From IMG/VR virus record IMGVR_UViG_3300032236_000552, positions 1 to 64,000 of that record: a stretch of 64,000 bases of DNA; one strand, 5' to 3'. The notes beneath the pieces are model-generated. The model made no database searches. It was given only the letters and a program-made list of their open reading frames with translations, and was not told the origin of the DNA. This DNA comes from a virus. Shown here one piece after another: positions 58,100 to 64,000 of the stretch (within the stretch, counting starts at the first letter, position 1; each line of letters starts with the position of its first letter). The translations under genes were made by a program, and so were the position numbers.

Positions 58100-59032
58100 A
58101 TGATTAGTCCATTTGGGAGTAACGCTCAACCCGTCCATATTCAGGGTTCCGCTACCTCCTACTTCTCTGCCCCTGAGCAAGAGTTAGACCCAACTCTGTT
58201 CGATGGCGAGAAGATAAAGGGCTGGGTACGTAACGGAATCCTGCAACTTCTTTTTGGGTTTCTCAACGAGACATACCGCAACCCTGACCTATGGGCACAC
58301 GTATGGATTGCTGGTTCAGGAGTCTCCTACCAGTGGTCTGCTGCTCGTCAGCCAGGAGACTTAGACGTCTTAATCGGCGTTAACTACATTCAGTTCCGTC
58401 GAGTACAGCCAGAGTACGCTGGTCTATCTGATGTTGAAATCAGCAAGATGTTGAACGAAGATTTCCGTGAGCACCTACAACCAGACACAGAAAACTGGAA
58501 TGGTTATGAGGTCACGTTCTACGTGAATCCAGGCGCCACAGACATAAAGACGATTAACCCTTACGCTGCCTACGACCTTACACACGATGACTGGACAGTC
58601 CGACCTTCTAAAGAAGGTGCACCACACAATGCAGTGTGGGACATGATGGCCCAACGGGACTTGTCTATGACCACAGATATCGTGAGCCGTTACACACAAG
58701 CCATTACCGAGATGCAAGCGGCTCAGAACGACGCCGCACGACGTAACGCCGAATTCCGTATGCACTCTGCACTCATGCAGGCATCAGCACTTTACGACGA
58801 TATCCACCACGCACGTAGATATGCGTTCAGCCCAACAGGTAAGGGCTATGCAGACTTCTACAACTACAGGTGGCAAGCAGGCAAGAAGTACGGAAGCGTA
58901 CCTGCCTTACGTAAGATGTCTGAGTACTGGTCAGCCTACAAAACACAACAAGCAGACGATACCTACGGTGTTGAACTGCCAGATACTCAGACCCTCATTC
59001 GACGGGCGGCAACATATAGGGCGCATGGATAA
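58100..59032 (+). CDS. Pol-beta superfamily nucleotidyltransferase
   Basis: hGS motif (IAGSGVSYQW), GDLDVL and third acidic strand YEVTFYV; helical C-terminal domain. Confidence 0.8.
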   Translation: MISPFGSNAQPVHIQGSATSYFSAPEQELDPTLFDGEKIKGWVRNGILQLLFGFLNETYRNPDLWAHVWIAGSGVSYQWSAARQPGDLDVLIGVNYIQFRRVQPEYAGLSDVEISKMLNEDFREHLQPDTENWNGYEVTFYVNPGATDIKTINPYAAYDLTHDDWTVRPSKEGAPHNAVWDMMAQRDLSMTTDIVSRYTQAITEMQAAQNDAARRNAEFRMHSALMQASALYDDIHHARRYAFSPTGKGYADFYNYRWQAGKKYGSVPALRKMSEYWSAYKTQQADDTYGVELPDTQTLIRRAATYRAHG

Positions 59033-59937
59033 TGGCGTCACTAAACGGAAGCCAATTTAGCGGGCTACACGCCCCATCCATGTCTACAGGGGTCAGTCAA
59101 ACTGCCTCAATGTCCAATCCTCCAACGACCATGACTGGTCAAGTATCTACACCAGGTAGTGCAAGTGCGATAACAAACGCAGTTAAACAAACCACTGGCG
59201 TTAGTGATTTTCAGGCTGCTAGTCGTTCGTTTGCTAAAGGCGGATTTGGCAACACAATGGCTGGTATTGGTCACTCTATCATGGGTGGAATTAACGCTGC
59301 CTCTACAGCGTCGATGGCAATTCCTGGAGTTGGTGAAGGAATTAAGGGTGCAGACATTGGATTGAATCTTGCAATCAAAGGCGGAGACGTCTTTAAGGCT
59401 GCAGATGCAACGATGGCTGCTGAAAAAACAGGAACAGCCGCAAAGGTTGTTTCTAAAGCAGCGGACACACACCTAAGCCCATCACAGTTTACGCACGAAA
59501 CCCCTACTCTTTATCACGGTACTGGTGCAAGCATAAAGCCTGGAGCCGTAGTTGCACCTAAGCCAACAGGTGTAGCAGGAACAGACGCTGCATGGGCTAC
59601 CCCAGTGGGCAGTCTTGCAGAAAGGCACGCAGCGGCTCATGCGATGGGACTAGGAGCCGATAAGCAAATGGCATTTTGGTCTCCTGTTTATAAGGTTTCC
59701 CCAGTAGATGCCGCTGAGATGTCAAAGACCACAAGCGCATTTGCTAAGAACCCAGCGATACCTCACGGTGATATAAAAATGGGAGTTACAGAGTTTGCGT
59801 CTAAAAAAGGGTTTACAGTCGATAAGGTAAGCCATCTAGTTGAGAATCCTGAACTAACAAAACCTGCAGTACCACAAGTTTCACCTCCTAAGCCTACTGC
59901 ACCAAGACTCTCCTCTAACACAAGGGTGCTCGATTAA
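59032..59937 (+). CDS. Toxin-like protein with C-terminal Arr-like ADP-ribosyltransferase domain
   Basis: LYHGTGASIKPG.VV.P, AWAT, VYKVSP and EF.S..GF match the Arr/ART strand pattern; Ala/Gly-rich N-terminus with IPGVG. Confidence 0.6.
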   Translation: MASLNGSQFSGLHAPSMSTGVSQTASMSNPPTTMTGQVSTPGSASAITNAVKQTTGVSDFQAASRSFAKGGFGNTMAGIGHSIMGGINAASTASMAIPGVGEGIKGADIGLNLAIKGGDVFKAADATMAAEKTGTAAKVVSKAADTHLSPSQFTHETPTLYHGTGASIKPGAVVAPKPTGVAGTDAAWATPVGSLAERHAAAHAMGLGADKQMAFWSPVYKVSPVDAAEMSKTTSAFAKNPAIPHGDIKMGVTEFASKKGFTVDKVSHLVENPELTKPAVPQVSPPKPTAPRLSSNTRVLD

Positions 59938-59949
59938 CTAAAGGACTAC

Positions 59950-60438
59950 ATGAACATACTTCTATCACTAGACGGCGTACTAAGTTCGGAATCAGGGGAA
60001 CCAATCCGAGCAGGAGTCGCTCTTTACTACGCCCTAAACATTAACAACCGAGTCGCACTTATGACTGCCCGTGGCGAAGAAGACGCCAAACATTGGTTAC
60101 AGTCGCACGGAATCATTAACTACGATGACTTGATTGACTCTTCTTTTGCCCTAGAAGGCGAAGACCTAAAGAAGAGACAGTTCACTGTTAGTCGTAGCCG
60201 TGCCCCGATTGAGATGTACGTAGACTCAGACCCAACCATGTGTGCATGGGTATTTGAGACTCAGAACGTCCCTTCTGTCCTGTTCGCTCACCCAGCCTAC
60301 CTACGAGTAGAGAACCGCCCAGATGCCCCTCGTAAGGTTCGTAAGTGGTCAGACATTGAGGACTCGATTACTCGTGTAAACATTGCTAGGTCAATAGATG
60401 CCCAGAAGCCTAGAGACCTAGAGTTCTGGGAAGACTAA
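59950..60438 (+). CDS. HAD-fold (PNKP 3'-phosphatase-like) protein with degenerate motif I
   Basis: ILLSLDGVL (DxD reads SxD), MTAR, WL..HG..YD.L, MYVDSDP. Confidence 0.65.
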   Translation: MNILLSLDGVLSSESGEPIRAGVALYYALNINNRVALMTARGEEDAKHWLQSHGIINYDDLIDSSFALEGEDLKKRQFTVSRSRAPIEMYVDSDPTMCAWVFETQNVPSVLFAHPAYLRVENRPDAPRKVRKWSDIEDSITRVNIARSIDAQKPRDLEFWED

Positions 60439-61943
60439 TGAGAATCGTCTTTAGCGGAGCCGAGGTAGGCTCTAACCGTACCCTTTTGGAAGGTCAGAAA
60501 GTTGAGTTGATGGGACTCAACTTTTGGGGCTTACGCAAAAGAGGTTTGCCCAAGAATAAGATTTGGCTGATATCAGAGCACTTCCATGAGGACACCAAAG
60601 TCATCATTGAGTCTGGAGCGGCCCAGGCAGATAAGGCAGGACTCTCTAAAGAAGAGTTACTTTCTTTAGCAGCCGAATACCAGGAGTTCCTGGTCAATAA
60701 CGCAGACAGGGCCACAGCGTTTACTGAGTTTGACTCCCTAGTTTTGGGAAAGGACTGGGTAGAAGCCCAGCGCCCCTTCTTTGAGAACGACCCAAAGTAC
60801 TGGGTGGTCTGGCATGAGGAGTACGGTCTGCCAGCCCTCAAAGCGCTCTCTGAGGACTACGAGAACGTCGTTATACCCAACGCCGAGATTGAGTCTGTAA
60901 CCAGCCTCTCAGCCCTCACAAGGGCGTATGAACGTCAATTCGGAACACGGTTCCACGCCCTTGCCTGTGCCAAGCCAGACAACCTACGACAGATACCATT
61001 TGTGACCGCCAGCACATTGTCATGGCTATCTCCCATGCGGAGAGGCGAAACAATCGTCTGGGATGGAACCAAGTTGAACCGCTATCCCAAGCGGATGAAA
61101 GACCAAGCCAGACCTCGATACAAGGCTATTGTGGAGAAGGCTGGACTGGACTATTTAGAGTTTAGTAAAGATAGTACCCTCGAAGCGACTAGAGTTGCAG
61201 TCTGGTCATACCTACAGATGGAGTCCTCCATGGATAAGAAAACCCCCAACTTCCACATCATCGAAGGCGGCAAAACCCCCAACTTATCTGATAACAGCGA
61301 GGATACCCTATATAGCAGTTTGATGGATTTAGGGGGGGTACCATCTGATAACAGTGGTGTTGAGATGCGGAAAAATTCGCCAACTGAACTGGTAGAACGT
61401 GACGCTTCTGAGAAGGTAAACCTCCCTGTTTTCGGCTACAAGATGAAGACTGTGGTGGAAACCAACGAGGACGGTAAAGACGTTCTCATGGACGTCCCTG
61501 TTGTTCAGACTCAGCAATCTTCTTTACGCCAGTGCGATACCTGCTTTGTGGCATCGAACTGCCCAGCCTTCAAGCCGCAAAATACCTGTGCCTTTAACCT
61601 GCCGATTGAGGTCAAGACCAAAGACCAACTCAAGGCTCTCATGGTCTCAATGATTGAAATGCAGGGTCAAAGAGTCGCTTTTATGCGTTTTGCTGAAGAA
61701 ATGAACGGTGGATACGCTGACCCTAACGTCTCTCAGGAGGTTGACCGCCTCATTAAAATGGTCAAGGAAATCAACGACATGAACTCTGATAAAGAGTTTG
61801 TTCAGATAACCGCCAGCCGTCAATCCTCTGGTGGAGTCCTGTCTGCTATCTTTGGTGACAGGGCACAAGCCCTAAAGGAACTCCCAGAGTCCCTGAAGGA
61901 AGACACTGTTACAAAGATTATCAAGTCTTCTATAGAAGATTAG
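60438..61943 (+). CDS. TGT/DpdA-like TIM-barrel protein (degenerate) fused to a Cys4 + helical C-terminal domain
   Basis: IIESGA (DSG-like), EFD, VVWH, FHALAC, PFVTASTLSWLSPMRRGE (xDSxSW-like); C-terminal CDTC...CP...C. Confidence 0.6.
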   Translation: MRIVFSGAEVGSNRTLLEGQKVELMGLNFWGLRKRGLPKNKIWLISEHFHEDTKVIIESGAAQADKAGLSKEELLSLAAEYQEFLVNNADRATAFTEFDSLVLGKDWVEAQRPFFENDPKYWVVWHEEYGLPALKALSEDYENVVIPNAEIESVTSLSALTRAYERQFGTRFHALACAKPDNLRQIPFVTASTLSWLSPMRRGETIVWDGTKLNRYPKRMKDQARPRYKAIVEKAGLDYLEFSKDSTLEATRVAVWSYLQMESSMDKKTPNFHIIEGGKTPNLSDNSEDTLYSSLMDLGGVPSDNSGVEMRKNSPTELVERDASEKVNLPVFGYKMKTVVETNEDGKDVLMDVPVVQTQQSSLRQCDTCFVASNCPAFKPQNTCAFNLPIEVKTKDQLKALMVSMIEMQGQRVAFMRFAEEMNGGYADPNVSQEVDRLIKMVKEINDMNSDKEFVQITASRQSSGGVLSAIFGDRAQALKELPESLKEDTVTKIIKSSIED

Positions 61944-61957
61944 TTATCTGATAACAG
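61239..61957. repeat. Repeated DNA sites: ATCTGATAACAG x3 and AAAACCCCCAACTT x2
   Basis: ATCTGATAACAG at 61286, 61343 and 61946 (full dyad GTTATC-T-GATAAC at 61943-61955); AAAACCCCCAACTT at 61239 and 61272. Confidence 0.8.
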
Positions 61958-62116
61958 CAGGGGGAGCAGTGTGGAGCAAGGTGGATAGTAGTTTAACCTT
62001 TCCTCCCACCCCTTCCCAGTAAACAAAGTTAGCAAGTGCATGATAGGTTTCGACCCGTCACAATAGTCCTCCCCACATAGGGGTATTTAGATAAAAGTAG
62101 AAATGGTGATTAGGAA

Positions 62117-64000
62117 ATGGGATTGTTCTCGTTTGAACTAGCAGGGGAATTCGTTGAGTCATACAAGGGTAAGAAGGCTCCCTTTGGGTATAGGGATGCC
62201 GCTGGAAACTCTGTGGGGGAAATCACATTCCTCCGTACCTATTCTCGCCTAAAGGCAGATGGTACTAAGGAGACATGGGTGGACGTTTGCCAGAGAGTTA
62301 TCAACGGCATGTACTCCCTCCAGAAAGACCACGCCAAACTCAACCGTCTTCCATGGTCGGACGCCAAGGCAGCAGCCTCGGCTAAAGAAGCCTTCGACCG
62401 TCTTTTTAACTTGAAGTGGACTCCACCAGGACGAGGCTTGTGGGTCATGGGAACCCCACTCGTAAATGAGCAACGCAACTCAGCCGCTCTACAGAATTGT
62501 GCCTTTGTATCAACAGGCTCGATGACCAAGACAGACCCAGCCAAACCGTTTGCCTTTCTCATGGAAGCCTCAATGCTCGGAGTGGGCGTTGGGTTCGATG
62601 ATAAGGGTGCAGATAAGGACTTTACAATCTATGAGCCAGTACAAGGTGATACCTATGTTGTCCCAGACACAAGAGAAGGATGGGTTGACTCAACAGCGAC
62701 CCTCCTCAATGCTTACCTACGACCAGATTCGAAGGTACCAGTATTTGACTACCAAGAGATTCGCCCAGCAGGAGCACCAATCAAAACCTTCGGTGGCACC
62801 GCAGCAGGACACGAACCTCTAAAGAAGTTACATGACTTCATTAACGACATGTTCAAGGGCCGTTCTGGTCAGAAGTTAACTCGTCGTGACATTGCAGACA
62901 TTGGTAACGTCATTGGCGTTTGCGTTGTCTCAGGCAACGTCCGTCGTTCAGCCGAACTTCTTATGGGACGCTTGGACGACCAAGACTTCTTAAACCTAAA
63001 GAACTATGAGAAGTACCCTGAGCGTATGTCTCATGGATGGATGTCCAATAACTCTGTTGAGGTATCCGTAGGACAAGACCTATCTCCAATCATTGACGGT
63101 ATCGCCCGCAACGGTGAGCCTGGAGTTATCTGGATGGACGTGTCTCGTCAGTATGGTCGACTTGCTGACCCAATCAACAATAAGGACTGGCGCATCGCTG
63201 GTTACAACCCTTGTGCTGAGCAGTCACTAGAGTCTTATGAGTGCTGTACATTGGTTGAGACTTATCTCAATCGCCATGATTCTTTAGAAGACTTCAAAAG
63301 AACTTTGAAGTTTGCTTACCTCTATGCCAAGACTGTGACTTTGATTCCTACCCACTGGCAAGAGACCAACGCCATCATGCAACGTAACCGCCGTATTGGA
63401 ACCTCAATCTCAGGTGTGGCTAACTTTGCAGACAACAACGGCTGGTCTGTTTTGCGTACATGGATGGACGAAGGCTATCGAGTCATCAAGGGTTACGACG
63501 TGAACTACTCAGAGTGGCTCGGTATTCGTGAGTCCATAAAGACGACTACCGTTAAGCCTAGTGGCACAGTTTCAATCCTTGCAGGTGAGTCCCCAGGCGT
63601 TCACTGGGCTTCAGGTGGCAAGCACTTCCTTCGTGCGATTCGATTCAGCAACAACGACCCTATGCTTCCGCTATTTAAGATGGCGCAATATAAGGTTGAA
63701 CCTGCAAATGAGTCGCCAGAGACTACGAGTGTTGTCTTTTTCCCTGTAGAGACTAATGCTAAGAGAGCCGAAAAAGAAGTTTCAATCTACGAGAAGGTTG
63801 CTTTGGCAGCGGCAGCACAACGCTACTGGTCAGACAACTCTGTATCTGTGACTGTTACCTTTGACGCTGACAAGGAAGCAGAGAACATTGAGTCTGTACT
63901 GCACATGTACGACGGTCAGTTAAAGACGATTAGTTTCCTTCCTATGGGCAACATGGTCTACCCACAGATGCCATACACCCAAATCACTGCCGAAGAATAC
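62117..64000 (+). CDS. nrdJ: Class II (adenosylcobalamin) ribonucleoside-triphosphate reductase, 3' truncated by window edge
   Basis: Not in the ORF track because it runs off the end. Motifs RTYSR, PPGRGLW, QNCAF, GNVRRSA, NPCAEQ, ECCTLVE and TTVKPSGTVS; in frame to PQMPYTQITAEEY at 64000. Confidence 0.93.
   Translation, partial: MGLFSFELAGEFVESYKGKKAPFGYRDAAGNSVGEITFLRTYSRLKADGTKETWVDVCQRVINGMYSLQKDHAKLNRLPWSDAKAAASAKEAFDRLFNLKWTPPGRGLWVMGTPLVNEQRNSAALQNCAFVSTGSMTKTDPAKPFAFLMEASMLGVGVGFDDKGADKDFTIYEPVQGDTYVVPDTREGWVDSTATLLNAYLRPDSKVPVFDYQEIRPAGAPIKTFGGTAAGHEPLKKLHDFINDMFKGRSGQKLTRRDIADIGNVIGVCVVSGNVRRSAELLMGRLDDQDFLNLKNYEKYPERMSHGWMSNNSVEVSVGQDLSPIIDGIARNGEPGVIWMDVSRQYGRLADPINNKDWRIAGYNPCAEQSLESYECCTLVETYLNRHDSLEDFKRTLKFAYLYAKTVTLIPTHWQETNAIMQRNRRIGTSISGVANFADNNGWSVLRTWMDEGYRVIKGYDVNYSEWLGIRESIKTTTVKPSGTVSILAGESPGVHWASGGKHFLRAIRFSNNDPMLPLFKMAQYKVEPANESPETTSVVFFPVETNAKRAEKEVSIYEKVALAAAAQRYWSDNSVSVTVTFDADKEAENIESVLHMYDGQLKTISFLPMGNMVYPQMPYTQITAEEY

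Noticed and set aside
60438-61943. Functional DpdA 7-deazaguanine DNA modification system
   Set aside because: Catalytic Asp positions appear substituted and no preQ0 synthesis genes are in the window; kept only as a pseudo-enzyme hypothesis.
1-64000. Minus-strand and nested ORFs in the ORF track
   Set aside because: They overlap well-supported + strand genes, lack motifs or SDs, and are expected shadows of biased codon usage.
1-64000. Stop-codon reassignment, introns or inteins
   Set aside because: TAA, TAG and TGA all end recognisable genes at expected lengths; DnaB, PolA, RecA and the visible part of NrdJ show no large insertions.
1-64000. tRNA or rRNA genes
   Set aside because: Intergenic gaps are short and I saw no cloverleaf with a T-loop GTTCRA motif; the hairpin at ~52203-52229 is too short. 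tRNAscan-SE would settle this.

Overview
This 64 kb window is part of the genome of a contractile-tailed phage (myovirus). The host is most likely a freshwater actinobacterium, judging from the WhiB gene and leaderless TAnnnT promoters. Every credible gene is on the + strand. Gene order: (1) 3' part of an N4-gp56-like major capsid gene and a head-tail adaptor; (2) a ~16 kb block of fibre and adhesin genes: collagen-like fibres, an Mtd_N fibre, a beta-propeller + TPR pair, and a duplicated three-gene Gly-rich adhesin cassette; (3) head closure gene, one acidic and seven basic microproteins, and an HNH nuclease; (4) neck, sheath, tube, chaperone, tape measure with M23 and lysozyme-like domains, and baseplate; (5) a complete replication/recombination module (initiator, DnaC-like loader, DnaB, DnaG, SNF2 helicase, SSB, PolA, RecA, two resolvases, WhiB, Cas4-like nuclease, dNMP kinase); (6) SpoVS and a block of unknown genes; (7) a nucleotidyltransferase / Arr-like ADP-ribosyltransferase / HAD-like / TGT-like cluster; (8) a class II ribonucleotide reductase running off the right end. 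The best candidate for an undescribed system is a short L-[SN]-x-x-[QE]-F tag shared by unrelated proteins, including the ART and a SAM-lyase-like protein; it may be a capsid-loading signal for injected effectors. Other notable signals are a coupled pair of apparently inactivated HAD and TGT-fold enzymes carrying repeated palindromic DNA sites, a probable +1 frameshift in the tail chaperone, hairpins with anti-Shine-Dalgarno loops, and apparent avoidance of GATC and AGCT. All family calls come from motif recognition by eye; no database searches were run.
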